In this document: positions 22,897-35,355 of the stretch, piece after piece
Layout of the letters: the number at the start of each line of letters is the position of its first letter
Position numbering within the stretch: position 1 is the stretch's first letter
NCBI GenBank assembly: GCA_964019425.1
Contig: OZ025805.1
Coordinates: forward strand, 62,001 to 126,000
Reading direction: 5' to 3'
DNA from: Flectonema sp. DT1601
Lineage: Eukaryota
Length of the DNA stretch: 64,000 nucleotides
Notes under the pieces: model-generated
The model's database searches: none
The model's input: only the letters and a program-made list of their open reading frames with translations
Told to the model about the DNA's origin: nothing
Translations under genes and position numbers: made by a program

Positions 22897-23601
22897 TATT
22901 TATTTATGTTTATTTTTCTTTTTTTTTTGGTGTCCACCCTCCCTCCCCCCTTTTTTAAAATTTGACTAATACAGAAGACTGCGACATCAAACTTTTCCAC
23001 TAATCTCACACACCCATTGAGAGAGGGTGAATTGATTTATCATAATTATCTGTTTTTGATAGGTATGATTAAATATAAAAATAACTTATGAAACTGGCAA
23101 ACCCCATTGTTCAATGAAAAGATACCAACAGTTAGTATCGATAAAATCCTGTATGTGTGCTGTCGAAGAGGGGTGAGAGGGAAAAAAAAAAGGATAATTT
23201 AAAAATACCAAAGTCTGCGGAGGTAATTGATTTACTTATCACCCGACTAAATGAGCGGGTTGTCTGTCCTTTTCCTTTTTTTTTTTTTTTCAAAAACTTA
23301 AATTCTAATTGCTAAGAAATAATTAAAGGGAGCGGGGGGAAAAAAAGGGAACGGGAAAAAAAAAAAAAAAAAGAAAAAACCTAAAATCCCACTTCCACTT
23401 AGCAGTAATTATCATCACATATTTAAGTTACTTTTTATCAAAATCTAAAAAAAAAGAATGCGGCCTGACTTTGCTAACGATGTTAGAGAGAGAAAAGGAA
23501 GGCCATCGATAACACCCTTTAATTCGTCATACGATTGTGTGAGCACACAAGTGAGATGACGAACGGGTCAGTAATTCATCACAAGAACAGAATCCAACTT
23601 T

Positions 23602-25074
23602 TCAAGGAGCGAAGTACTGGGAAGTTATCGTCACTGGAATCGCGTCAACCGCCATTTCAAATAACTTCGGAACCTCAGAAGCGCTTTTAAGGATCTGAGA
23701 AAGCTGCTCAGAAACGAATTTGAGTGACCCGGCAGCATCCGCATCCATAGGAAATGGAGCCGGTTCATTCATCAAAACCATCAGACTATCAGAACAGTGA
23801 GTTGCGAATGTTAAAGACTGCAGGAGGGTTGTCGCCTGATAGGATTTCGCTTGAAAGAGAGCAGCCAGAACAGATGACTCTTCAGAAGTAAGTGATTCCA
23901 ATGTGAGTGAGGAAATACTTTTTGAATTTAATTTGTTGATGACATTCGAAAGTACGTCTCCTTCTCTGATGACGAGGTTGAGGTGGGCTCTTCGGATTTC
24001 CTCCTCACGTCGTTTCCAACCAGCCAACTCACCACATTCGATTCCTTCTGCTTCTCCTGTTTGAGCAGCTCTTACTAACCCCTGGAGATCTTCGATGGAT
24101 TTCTTTAATTCTAAATTACGTCTTGTTGCTTCATGAAGTCTTTTTATCATCGAGTCCTCATCACTCGAGTCGTTAACAGCTTCCAAAGTATTGAGGTGAT
24201 CAGCGTGTGATTGTAGTTCTGTCTCTTTTTGAGTAATGGTTTCCTTTAGTTCAGATATTTGTTCTGAGTTGGTTTCACTTTCCTTTTTCAAATTTGAATT
24301 TTCAGCTCTCAAACTCGCTAGTTCACTGTTTTTTGATTCCAACACTAACTTAGTATTCTGTCGAGGAGGTGATTTTGTTTCCAGCTGCTCCAACATTCTC
24401 TCATTCTGTCTTGAGAGCCTTTCCTGTTCTAATTTTGAAGATTCTAATTCACTTCTAAGTTGGTTGACTTGAGTAGTGAGTGATTCTATTTGTATATCTT
24501 TAACCATGTTGAGTTCACAAATAGGAGGAACAGCGCTGACGATCCTAGCGAGTGATGCTGTTTTTCGTTCTGTTCCAACGTCAGCTAATGGTGATGACGG
24601 TTTTATGAATGAAGGTGTTGATGGAGTGTTGAATACAACTGGAGAGACAGCAAAAACTGGATCTCTGCTTGGTCTCCTCGCTCCATGATAAGGAGGTGTT
24701 TGAGGCTCATCATCACCGTCAGTGTTGTTTTCTTCTAAGTGAGCATACGCTGCTCTAGTAGGAGGTGTCGGTGAAGTTTTCGTTAATATTTTATATTTTG
24801 AATAGTTTAAGTAGATTACAACAGGTAGCATCGCTCCCCAAGTTCCCAAACAGATACTCTCATCGATCTCCAACACCTCACCTCCAACGATTAAGATATG
24901 CAACATAGCTCCAGTGGTCATCACCGTAGTTAGGATTTGCCAAATTAATTTACTGGCATCGCTACTGGTCTCACTCTGATTGTCGCTCTCATCGTCTTCT
25001 CCAACTTGTAATTGCGGAGGTGGAGGTTGATATGTCCCAGCAGGGGTATTCGTCTTCTTTCGACCTCTTGCCAT
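23602..25074 (-). CDS. Membrane-anchored coiled-coil protein of unknown function
   Basis: Likely ATG at 25074 (MARGRKK); two hydrophobic segments followed by a long heptad-rich region. Confidence 0.75.
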   Translation of the reverse strand: MARGRKKTNTPAGTYQPPPPQLQVGEDDESDNQSETSSDASKLIWQILTTVMTTGAMLHILIVGGEVLEIDESICLGTWGAMLPVVIYLNYSKYKILTKTSPTPPTRAAYAHLEENNTDGDDEPQTPPYHGARRPSRDPVFAVSPVVFNTPSTPSFIKPSSPLADVGTERKTASLARIVSAVPPICELNMVKDIQIESLTTQVNQLRSELESSKLEQERLSRQNERMLEQLETKSPPRQNTKLVLESKNSELASLRAENSNLKKESETNSEQISELKETITQKETELQSHADHLNTLEAVNDSSDEDSMIKRLHEATRRNLELKKSIEDLQGLVRAAQTGEAEGIECGELAGWKRREEEIRRAHLNLVIREGDVLSNVINKLNSKSISSLTLESLTSEESSVLAALFQAKSYQATTLLQSLTFATHCSDSLMVLMNEPAPFPMDADAAGSLKFVSEQLSQILKSASEVPKLFEMAVDAIPVTITSQYFAP

Positions 25075-25537
25075 TATTATTATTATTTGATGCTGTGAAA
25101 ATTTTAAAAAAAAAAATTTAAACTGACGACGGTAAAAAATAAAAACATGAACCATCCCTTCCCTGCCAGTAAGAAATGTGATCGGTAACACAAATTGCTA
25201 TGGAAGGGGAAATATTAAGTGATAGCTGTGTAGTTTGAGTGCTACATAAGCGAACAATTCTTCTGGGAGAGAATACAAAAAAAAAAAAAAAAAAAAAAAA
25301 GTAAGATAACATAAAATAACGATATCGTCGACCAAACCTGATAAATTTAGGTGAGATCTACGTTAAAGAAGTCAGGTTGTGGAATGCTCGCATTCCCTTT
25401 TTTTTTTTTATTCTTTGAGTTTAAAAAACTCTTTGTTAAAAAAAATAAAATAAAAATAACAACAACACACAAAACTCAAAAAAAAAAAAAAAAAAAAAAG
25501 CAAGCCCGGAACAAAATATCATCGGCTATAAAACACA

Positions 25538-26611
25538 CTACACTCCTTTTAGTGGAATTCTGTCTGCCTGTTCTGCAGTGTACTCTCCTCTCTTTCCCAT
25601 GACCACAGTCTCAAGAGCTCCACTGCAAGCAACAGCAATTAGAACGATAGAAATAGCTACTTGTGCAAATGGAGGAACAGCATTCAAAAATAGAAAACTC
25701 CACAAAAGCTGAAGAGGAAACTGCGTCGTGATCCCGACAGCTATGGTGGTCGCTTTACAACTTTGGAGTGCGAGTATCCAGAGATATTGAGCGATGACGA
25801 CATACACCAATCCATACCAAATCATCGTCTTCCAAAGTTCAACAGAATAGATTTCAGTTAAAGATTCCTCACTGGCTGCGAAGAAATGATATAAAATAGT
25901 TCCGAACAGAGCACGTCCACATGCGACATGTCCAGGTCTGACATTAGATAATTGACTCTTTGTTACTACTAATGAAAAACTGAATGCCCAGCCTGATGCT
26001 AAGATATAAATTGCACCATTACCAAGAGGTGTGTCGTTGTACAGACAGAATGTTACTACGCAGGCGATTATCGTTAGCCCGTTTATGACATTCCACCTGG
26101 AAACTGGTTCTCCAGTCACCCAGAAAGTGAATAGCAATAAGTTTACTGTTTCCAGTCTCTGAATAGCAGCAGACAACGCGACACTAGTAGTCTCCAGTCC
26201 ACGAAGTTGCAAAGCAGGACCGATAGCACTGTACAGTAGCGATGAGAGAAACAAAGCAGACAGTTCTCTCTTTGTTATTTTACTCAGATGCTCGTAGGTT
26301 AAATCTTTCCAAAACAGTATCGGAAACCAAACCATTCCAATCATGTTCCCAACACATAAAATACTACAAGTAGTAAACAGTTTTGGATCCTTCAGAAATA
26401 ATAATTTTATAACACTCGGAACTTGAGTGAACAAAATAACTGAAATCATGAAAGCGAATATCGCTTGTTTTGGATCTTTTCTCTTACCAGGTGATTGTGG
26501 TGTTTCTAACGTGCTGCACGCTGATCGTGATGCCGTGCCATAATCAGTCTGAACAGAGGTCACTGATATGCTTGAGATGATCAGCTCATCATCATCATCA
26601 TCTTCATGCAT
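25538..26611 (-). CDS. EamA/DMT-superfamily transporter
   Basis: About 10 predicted TM helices in two repeats; GLETTSVALSAAI, WVTGEPVS, LWILALQ. Confidence 0.85.
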   Translation of the reverse strand: MHEDDDDDELIISSISVTSVQTDYGTASRSACSTLETPQSPGKRKDPKQAIFAFMISVILFTQVPSVIKLLFLKDPKLFTTCSILCVGNMIGMVWFPILFWKDLTYEHLSKITKRELSALFLSSLLYSAIGPALQLRGLETTSVALSAAIQRLETVNLLLFTFWVTGEPVSRWNVINGLTIIACVVTFCLYNDTPLGNGAIYILASGWAFSFSLVVTKSQLSNVRPGHVACGRALFGTILYHFFAASEESLTEIYSVELWKTMIWYGLVYVVIAQYLWILALQSCKATTIAVGITTQFPLQLLWSFLFLNAVPPFAQVAISIVLIAVACSGALETVVMGKRGEYTAEQADRIPLKGV

Positions 26612-28185
26612 GTTATCTATTTGAGAAAAGACTTTGAGGGGGTAACTTGATACGATGATTAAATATAAAGCAACTTTTAAAACTGACTAAAACGAATATA
26701 AGATTCAGTCAAACCTGATTGTTGGGAAAGTAAATAAGTAACTCGTGTCGGATGCTCTTCTCAACATAGTAGGAAGACTTGTTAAAAATAGTTAAGACGG
26801 AAAAAAAAATAATTTAAAAAAAAAAAAAAAAAAACACGAAGATCAGAAAACGATCTTTCAACGTAAAAAGAGTAAAAAAGGAACGGGACTTTCTTCTTTT
26901 TTTCCTACCCCCCTTTTTTTTCCCACCTCAATTTTTTAAAACTTAATTTTTTTTTTTTTTTTTTTTTTTTTTATATCATCCTTTTGTCTTGGTCACATCA
27001 TAGCAGCTGCTGCGAGAGAGAACAAACAAGATCTAGCAGGAATAAACACCTTGCAGAGCAACTTGTCTGGGGAGGGGGAGCACAGAAAAACACATTTGAG
27101 GCAGCTCCGGTGATAATGGTACAGAAATATTAGTTCTCAAGGTAGAGGATCTCAGCCCTCCAAAAAAAAAAAAAAAAAATAAATATCACTACGAAAAGAT
27201 GTGTCAACCGACACTATATAATTTTATAAAAAAAAAACTGATAATTTGCTTTTACTAAAATGTCCGTTATGCAATTATGGAATACCAAAGAGAGCCTTAC
27301 TTATCCCATCACTGTATAACACTTTACTTCATTGGTGGGTGAAAAAAATAAAAAAACGTGACCATCAAATGTGTAACAAGAAGGGATGCAAATGAGGGAA
27401 AAAAGGTAAACCGTTTTTTGAGTATTTTTTGTATCAAAGTTAACTATCAAGGTAATTTTAGAAAAAGGTAAAAAAAGAAAACACTCTGCAAAATATCGTA
27501 AAAAAGACTGCACATTATAATCAATGCTTCTAACTTATAGCATACCATGCGGGGAAAAAAAAAAGAGGGGGAAAAAATCGCAATAACACACTGGTGACAA
27601 TAAGGACGTCGCACCCCCGCTTTTTGGATGCGTGGTGTGCACCGACCCTGTTTTTTTTTTCTTTTTTTTTTCTTTATTCCTTACGGAATACTATTTACCT
27701 TCCCCCCCCCATGATGCCCAGCAACAGTGCTCTTCAGCAAGGAACTCCTTGGTGCTCTGCAACGGCTTTTCTTTTTTTTTTTTTTTTTTTTTTCTCTTCC
27801 CACAAGACTCTATCACCAACATGGGGATCGACGATGAGGATATTTACTACTGAAATATACGCCTGGGGGGGGAAACGAGCGTTGCTTAAAGAAAAGTTTT
27901 TGGAAAAACTTTTCTTTACTTTTTTTTTATACCACATAACTTAACGACAGGAGAGAGGGGAGACAAGGAAAGGGGGGAAAACTGTATCATCTTTCTTGTG
28001 TTTTTTTTTTTTTTTTTAACGAAAACCGTAGTGGCAACCGTATAGATGATAAACAACAGGAGGGTAACAGAGAAGCGTTTCTTTTTTAGAACTGTAACTG
28101 GGGGGGTATTTTCGTTGACTGTATCACATGTCGGGCACTACAGTTTTTTTTTTTTTTCAAAAATATAAGTTTTTCAAGAAGAAAA

Positions 28186-30110
28186 TTAATTTTTTTTCAA
28201 GTAAATAATTTGATGACCGAGAGGACCGTTTCCGATAGAGATTACCTGTTTTTTTTTTTTTTTTTTTTGCCCAAACTAACCAGCCATCAGAATACAAAAC
28301 ACACCTGTGCTCCTGTGTAGTGCTCAATGGAAGCAATGAAGTTAGAAACTTCTTTTGGAAGTGCCTTACGTCTGTCGTGTGACTTCCACCATTCAGAGCC
28401 AGCGTAGAGAGGTGTTTTTTTCCAACCTGGAAGAGTTTTAACAACAGGATGACAATACTTCATTGCTTCCTCAGTTGGAAGTCCATCTCCAGCACGGATT
28501 ACATCACCGTTGTTGAGAACTCTGCCGTTGCTGTTGCTAATGATTCCTTCTGGGTGGCTGTAGACGTAAGCAACAATAAGACCAAGTTTATCATAAACAT
28601 CCCCTCTATCTAATGCAGAAATTGATAGATAAGGTCCCTGAACTTCGTTAACTTCCGCATGGGCTACGCAATCAAACAATCCACAGACACGAGGTTTCTT
28701 AGTGGTAGCACCGCATTCACCGTGGGCTTCACTGCTGCTGATGGCCATGGCGGCTCCGAGATCCCATCCCTGATACTTTCCTGGTTTAACGATTCCGTTC
28801 TTCTCAACTGATGACATCCATTGGTTGTGAATAGTTTGGAAGTGTTCTGGTTTGTCGAATACTCCTTTTGGGAGGTCATTTAAAGTATCAATTCCGTTCA
28901 TTGAAAAGAAGTCCTGAGGAACGAAAGCCGATGGGTTAGCTCCAACACCAACTCTACTACTTCCTGGGGCTTTGTGGATATTTAACACCGTCACCTTGTA
29001 GTCTTGAATGTTGAATCTACCCGCTGCGGCTAGACCTCCAGCACATGTCTGCGCTGATGTTGACGATTCCCAAAACTTCTCAGCAGCATTTGATAACCAA
29101 TATGATTGTGGTCCTTCGATTAAAACTTTCTTTCCTTGTTTTAGTGTTTGTCTAATCTCGTGACTGACATCTGTTCTTTTCGGGAATTTATCATTCTTCA
29201 CTACTTCCTTCTCATACAGATCACAGAGATAGTTTACTTTGTCTTTAGCGGTGACGAAGTCTAAAATGTAATCAGGAATCCTTGTGATTCCATCTTTGTT
29301 CATTGATTGGCATAATTTCAACACATCTTGTTCACTCATACCCATACGAGCAACACATGCGTGGTAGTCTTCCATATCTTTTTTAATACGGCGTTCGGTT
29401 ACAGTGCGATCATTAAAGATGTGGTCCATTCGAATTCCTCTCTTCTTTACTTTTGAAGAATGAATTGGAGACATTCCCTTGAGTGTTGATGCGTTAGCAC
29501 CACTCGATAATAAGTCAAGAATCTTGTGATAAGGAGTAACAATGTGACAGTTTCCGATGAAAAGACGATCAGCATACTCAACATCGTTGTCAATAAGCTG
29601 CTTTACTTCTTTACGAAAGAATGAGATCGGATCCATCACACATTCTGGTCCAACAAGATTAACTTTTCCAGGAATGAGAAGACCTGATGGAGCCAAGTGG
29701 AATACGTACTTACGAGTCTTTGAATCGAAGACAGTGTGACCAGCATTCTCTCCGCTGTTGACACGAACAACTATCGCAACGTTTGGATGACGTGCGATAG
29801 CGTCTACTGTTTTACCTTTGCCTTCGTCTCCGAAGAAGGCTCCCGCAACCATCAGGACATCAGACTTTTCAATAATTGGATAAAGAGACTCTTCAACACT
29901 TACTTCTGTGTATGATCCGCTAATCTCTTCATCTAAGAAAGAGATTCGAGGTGAGTTTTTAATTTTATTGAAAGACTTTACTCTTTGATCATACAGATTG
30001 CTGCTTGCGTCTTTGATTGAGTCAGCAGACACCATCTTCATGGCTCCACATCCGAATCCGGCAGCTGCCGCACCCATGAACCTGGCGAACTTTCCGTACT
30101 TCGCTGACAT
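28186..30110 (-). CDS. ADSS: Adenylosuccinate synthetase (2 exons)
   Basis: GAFFGDEGKGKTVD, GENAGHTV, FHLAPSG, LIEGPQ, GECGATTKKPRVCGLFD. Intron 28304-28246 gives C-terminus VISIGNGPLGHQIIYLKKN*. Confidence 0.95.
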
Positions 30111-30127
30111 TTTACCTTTTTGGTTCT

Positions 30128-30158
<31 letters not shown>

Positions 30159-30667
30159 CCTTTCTGAGATAACGATACGATGAAAAAATTAAGATATCAG
30201 CTTCTTTATCAGTAAGAGAGAACAAAAAAACCCAGCCAACCCCGCAGATAATTCTGGTCTACGACATTAGAAGTATTAAAAAACCAACGTTTCTAACAAA
30301 CACAAGCCGACACCTTTGTAAGTATCCTCATCAAGTTAATTCTACTCCACCTGTAATATAGCCAAATATATAAATAACAAATCTGACACATAAATGGTAA
30401 AAGGGTAAAAAGAAGAAAAAAAAAGAATCTAAGAAAGGGAAGAAAAGAGATGAGAGGAGGGAAAGCGAGATTCGGGTTAGAAAATCTTTTTTTTTTTTTT
30501 TTTCCTCCCAGTGTAGTCTGCCGAACGGCAACTATCCTGAAGAAACGCTAACAAGAGACGGAAATATCTATAAAAAAAAAAAGAAGAACGGGGGGGGGAA
30601 AGAAAAAAAAAAAAAAAAAAAACGAAACAAAAAGAATGCCTAGCAAGCAAACACTCTAATGTGATGC

Positions 30668-31234
30668 TCACGGGTAGGCAGCTCTAAATGCTGCCCGAGG
30701 AGCAGCAGCTGGTTTTGGTCTGCGGAAACACAAAACGTGCATTTCTGGTGAGTGAACCATGTAGTGTTCCCATCCTAAGCTCTGTTGAACACCAATTCCT
30801 CTCCATTCAGTTTCCGACATGATTCTGTTTGGTACTAATCTCTTCAACTCTTTTGGAAGAATAACATGACGATACTCGTGAGTCTCATCACAGTACTTCT
30901 CTGAGTACCTAATCCTCTCTCTGTAGGCAGCGATGAGCTGCTTTTCCTGTTTTTTTTTGTTTTTTTTCTGTTTTTTTTTGAAAAACCCCGCCCTCCCACG
31001 GGACGAAAAACGTTAAAAAGAATTATAACACTGCTACATGTTTTCTTGTATAACTCAAATCATCTTTTTTGTTTTGTGCGCAACCAGGTACAAAATCCTA
31101 ACAAAGGAATAGGTTACTGACACAATACTCTTTCTACCCGAACAATGGGTTTGTAGGTACAAATAAAGAAAAGAAATATCGATTTCAAACCTTAGCTCCT
31201 CTCGGCATGTCCATCATTGAAGCGGCGCTAGTCA

Positions 31235-31235
<1 letters not shown>
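30668..31235 (-). CDS. CKS1: Cyclin-dependent kinase regulatory subunit CKS (2 exons; not in ORF track)
   Basis: Exons 31235-31191 and 30946-30668: [76 protein letters not shown]. Confidence 0.93.
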
Positions 31236-31269
<34 letters not shown>

Positions 31270-31801
31270 CTATATGGCTGGTTTGGAGGAATAAAAACAG
31301 AATTTAGTGTTTGCTGTTTTTGTCTTTTCAAATGGTTCACTAACTTTGAGATTCGGAACATATTTTACTTTATTCTGATAAACAAAAAAAAACATATTGA
31401 GTCTTCAAGAAAAGAAAAAAAAAGAAGATTTTTTTTAAAAATGAAGCAGCTCAATCGGTCGTGAGTCTGCTCATCGTAATAAAGAAAAACAAAACAAAAA
31501 AAAAAAAGGACGGAAAAGACAGAAAAACTAATTTTTTAAAAAAACTAAATTAGTTTTTGTGATACTTTTCTAATTTTTAAAAAATATTTTCGCAAAAATG
31601 GGGTACTCCCCCCCCTGTCGGTAATCAAGTTTTCACTCAGAAGGGAAATAAATAAAATTGTGTGGCCAAAATAGGGCACACACACACACACACGCACTTA
31701 TTTATTAATACTAACTTAGATGTGGTACGTTTTTTTGAGACAGCTGATCGTATTCACATCGTATTTGTGGAAATGGACACGCAAACCGATCTTTCAATCC
31801 G

Positions 31802-32125
31802 TCACCGATCTTTCATTGGTAGAGTTGGTTGAGAATTAGTTTGATTATTTTGTTCTAATTTTCTTCTAAAAAATAAAACTTTCGGATCCGGGTCGTGAAC
31901 CATATAATGTTCCCATCCAGGACTCTGTTGTACTCCTATGCTTCTCCATTCCTTCTCAGTCATCAACCTTCTCGGTAGCAATTGCACGATCTCAGGATGC
32001 AATATGACTAGTCTATAGCAATAATCAGGATCCTCAAATCTCTCAGTGTACCGATAACTTCCCATACATTGGATGACTCTTTTCTTTGCTACTTCTCCTT
32101 GGATCATTTGTGACCATTCAGTCAT
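31802..32125 (-). CDS. CKS1: Second, intronless CKS paralogue
   Basis: [52 protein letters not shown]. Confidence 0.9.
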   Translation of the reverse strand: MTEWSQMIQGEVAKKRVIQCMGSYRYTERFEDPDYCYRLVILHPEIVQLLPRRLMTEKEWRSIGVQQSPGWEHYMVHDPDPKVLFFRRKLEQNNQTNSQPTLPMKDR

Positions 32126-32618
32126 GGTGTTTATACTGTTTTATAATATCAAGTAGGAAGTTAAGATCATCGAAAAGCTTTAAAAAGATTGGTCCACAAC
32201 CACCTTCGAGTCAGCTACTACGGCTTGAAAAGAGGAGGGGGACTCAGCAATAGCAACTCAATAGAACTGAGTCGTGCTCAAGGTCGTTGACAAGGATGTC
32301 AAGAGAATTACAACAAAAAAAAAAAAGGGAAAAGCTCTATTCCCGGGCAAACTTATGCCGAAAGTGTCAATGGTACCCGCGGGCCTTGAAGAAAAAATAC
32401 ACTGCTGACGACTTCGATGGCTCACCAGGTCAGCTAGTTGAGTAAATGGCTTCTACGAGTTTTTATTTATTTATTTTTTTTTCCCTCACCTCTTGTTTTT
32501 TCGTTTGTTTCGCAACCGTTAAAAAAATCCTAAACAAAAAGGAAAACAGGCTAAGTTACCACTAACACAATTTCTCATTTCTAGGATTTTTTTCTTTTGT
32601 AGACACAAATAATTATAC

Positions 32619-33725
32619 TTACTTTCTCTCCAGAATAATTCTCATCATCCGTCTGAGGGGTTCAGCAGCTCCCCAAAGAAGTTGATCTCCGACTGTGAAG
32701 GCTGAAATGAATTCACCACCGAATTTCATTTTGTGGACTCTACCAACGTGGATGTTGAGACTGCCAGAAACTGCCGCGGGAGTTAGTTCAGAGAGAGATG
32801 CTTCTTTTGTGTTTGGGATCAGCTTTACCCAAGGATTATGTGATGAGATTAGAGATTCAATTTCCTCAATCGGAATATTCTTTTTCAACTTTATTGTTAT
32901 CGCTTGAGAGTGGGATCGAAGAACACCAATTCTAACACAGAGTCCGTCAATAATCACTTTTGATTCTTCATTCGTGTTTAGAATTTTATTTGTTTCCGAA
33001 TGACCTTTCCATTCCTCACGAGACTGACCATCAGCAACTTCCTTATCAATCCAAGGAAGGAGAGAACCAGCAAGCTGATGACCAAAAGCGCTTGTTGTAA
33101 TATTCCCAGAACGCGACTGTTCTTCTATAGTTGAGGCGGGTTTTGAGAGATCAGTGTTGGAACTTAGTTCGCTCATTTGCGTTACTAATTCTTTCATGTG
33201 AGCTTGACCAGCACCACTCGCTGCTTGATAAGTCATTGAGGATATCCATTCAACCATCCCTGCTTCAAACAACCCTCCGAGAGCCATTAACATTAATGAA
33301 ACAGTACAGTTTCCTCCTGTGAATATTTTGAATCCTTGAGAGAGTGATTTCTCTATGTGTGATTTGTTAACTGGATCGAGAATAATGACAGTGTCGTCAT
33401 CCATTCGTTTAGCGCTGGCTGCGTCTATCCAGTATCCTGACCATTCGGTTTTCTTTAATTCAGGTAGAGTTGCATTGGTGTAGTCACCACCTTGACAACT
33501 AATTATTATGTGGCATTCTTTTAACTGATCAATAGAATTAGCATCTGATAATTTGCGTTCGTGGTCTCCATCAATAGTTGGTGAGTCTCCTCCAGGGTTC
33601 GATGTTGAAAAAAACCTAGTTTTCACCAAACTAAAATCTTTTTCTTCTTTCATTCTGTCAACAAGAATGCTTCCAACCATCCCACGCCAACCGACTATTC
33701 CGAGAAGCGGTTTTGAGGAAGTCAT
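32619..33725 (-). CDS. asd: Aspartate-semialdehyde dehydrogenase (E. coli/proteobacterial type)
   Basis: [75 protein letters not shown]; likely ATG at 33725. Confidence 0.95.
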   Translation of the reverse strand: MTSSKPLLGIVGWRGMVGSILVDRMKEEKDFSLVKTRFFSTSNPGGDSPTIDGDHERKLSDANSIDQLKECHIIISCQGGDYTNATLPELKKTEWSGYWIDAASAKRMDDDTVIILDPVNKSHIEKSLSQGFKIFTGGNCTVSLMLMALGGLFEAGMVEWISSMTYQAASGAGQAHMKELVTQMSELSSNTDLSKPASTIEEQSRSGNITTSAFGHQLAGSLLPWIDKEVADGQSREEWKGHSETNKILNTNEESKVIIDGLCVRIGVLRSHSQAITIKLKKNIPIEEIESLISSHNPWVKLIPNTKEASLSELTPAAVSGSLNIHVGRVHKMKFGGEFISAFTVGDQLLWGAAEPLRRMMRIILERK

Positions 33726-33870
33726 TATTGTAGTAAAGGGGCTGTGAAATAAAATATTTAAAAAAAGAAAAAAAAATCTGATAAAAAAAAGTGGTTTCTT
33801 CAATACATTTTACTTCCAAAAAAACATAAAATAATAATCATCTATAAAGAGGTGGGAATGGGAGTGGCAT

Positions 33871-35255
33871 TCACCGTTTTCTACGAGTCTTCTCATTTAG
33901 GTAACTATCAACTGCAGATATCTGACTAATGTATTGTTCAACCGTGTGACTGTCAAGTATTGTTGGTAGTTCTTCAGTGATGTCATCTTCCATTAGTTGA
34001 AGTAATGATAGTTCTTTGTGTCTTCTATGAAGTAACAACCATAGCATTGCATTGTCGGATGCCTTTCTACGTACGTCTCTCAATTCTTCTTCAGCTATTA
34101 GGGGAATGACGGGTTTTATTTCTCTGTGTTCTCGTTCTCTTTCTCGTCTGGTCGTTCGATTATCTCCTCGTCGATCTCTCCAATCCTCTCTTTTACCAAC
34201 ACTACCTCTGTAGTTTCGATCTCTGTCGCGTCTGTCATCTTTTTGTTGACCTCCCATAATGTTGTTATGCCTGTTAGAGATTTGCTAAGGGGAAAAACCA
34301 TCATCATCATCATCATCATCATAATAATAATAATATAAAAGTAAGTATATTATACTCTGACGTACTTTTGACTGTATGAGTCTTGCAAACGTTGAAACGA
34401 CTGTCGGTGTTGGACATGAAGTTGGGCTATTCGAAGAAACATTAAAAAAAGTACCGCGCTGGAAGCTCCACAACAACCAACTGTTCGCAGCAGCCAAGTT
34501 GGAATCGGAAAATACCAAAATCCATTTTCAGTAAATGTTATAATAAATGACCCTCTTCCCACAACTTTTCCTTTTAATCTAATCGGCATTCCATATCCAG
34601 GAAGACGAACAGCGTCTGAGGATGACAATATGTCGATAAAACCCCCGTCTATGGTCGGGACTCTCACTTCTCTTCCAAAATATCTAACGTTTACAGTGAT
34701 GAAAATATCATTATCTCGACGAACGAACACATCGTGTGAAAGTTGTTGTATCGTTACTTCTACTGCTTCGTCGTGAAATGTTATTTTTGTTCCGGCTTTG
34801 TATCCTTTTTGAATATCAATTGTTATATTGACGTCGGTGTTTCCTCGGGAGAGTCGGAGTGTTTTTGTTGTTCCTTTTAATAGTTCTTCAAGTGAGACCC
34901 AAACATCAACTTCCATAATACGGAGTTGGGTAGTAAAAATATCTTCTCCGAACATGTGAGAAAAAAAATCAAATTCATCTCCAAATTCGTAAAACCCTCC
35001 CCGACTATCTCCATATTGCTGTCCATCATCTCCCTTGTCATAAGCAGTTCTCTTTTCATCATCACTCAGGGTTTCGTATGCCCTACTAATCTCTTTAAAT
35101 TTCTCAGCTGCTTCTTCTTTCACTTCCTCCGTCCGTTGCCTGTCAGGATGCCATTTCATTGCTAATTTCTTATAGGCTTTTTTTATCTCATCGGTAGAAG
35201 CTGTTTGTGGAACACCCAACGTCTCGTAATACTCCGTGTTATTAATCCCTGGCAT
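33871..35255 (-). CDS. DnaJ/Hsp40 (class B) with C-terminal hydrophobic segment and charged tail (2 exons)
   Basis: J-domain with HPD, G/F region, DnaJ_C ([24 protein letters not shown]). Intron 34365-34271 (GTACGT..CTAACAG) joins ORF 34350-35255 in frame to ORF 33871-34257. Confidence 0.85.
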
Positions 35256-35317
35256 ATTGTTATGGTATTTGATGCTTGGAAAGGGAAACTGTTAGGTAAA
35301 TATTTTTGGTAGGAGGG

Positions 35318-35355
<38 letters not shown>

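Noticed and set aside
32160..32460. GC-richer intergenic block with a GACTCAG/CTGAGTC hairpin and an A-tract, possible SINE
   Set aside because: No second copy, TSD or Pol III boxes found in the window.
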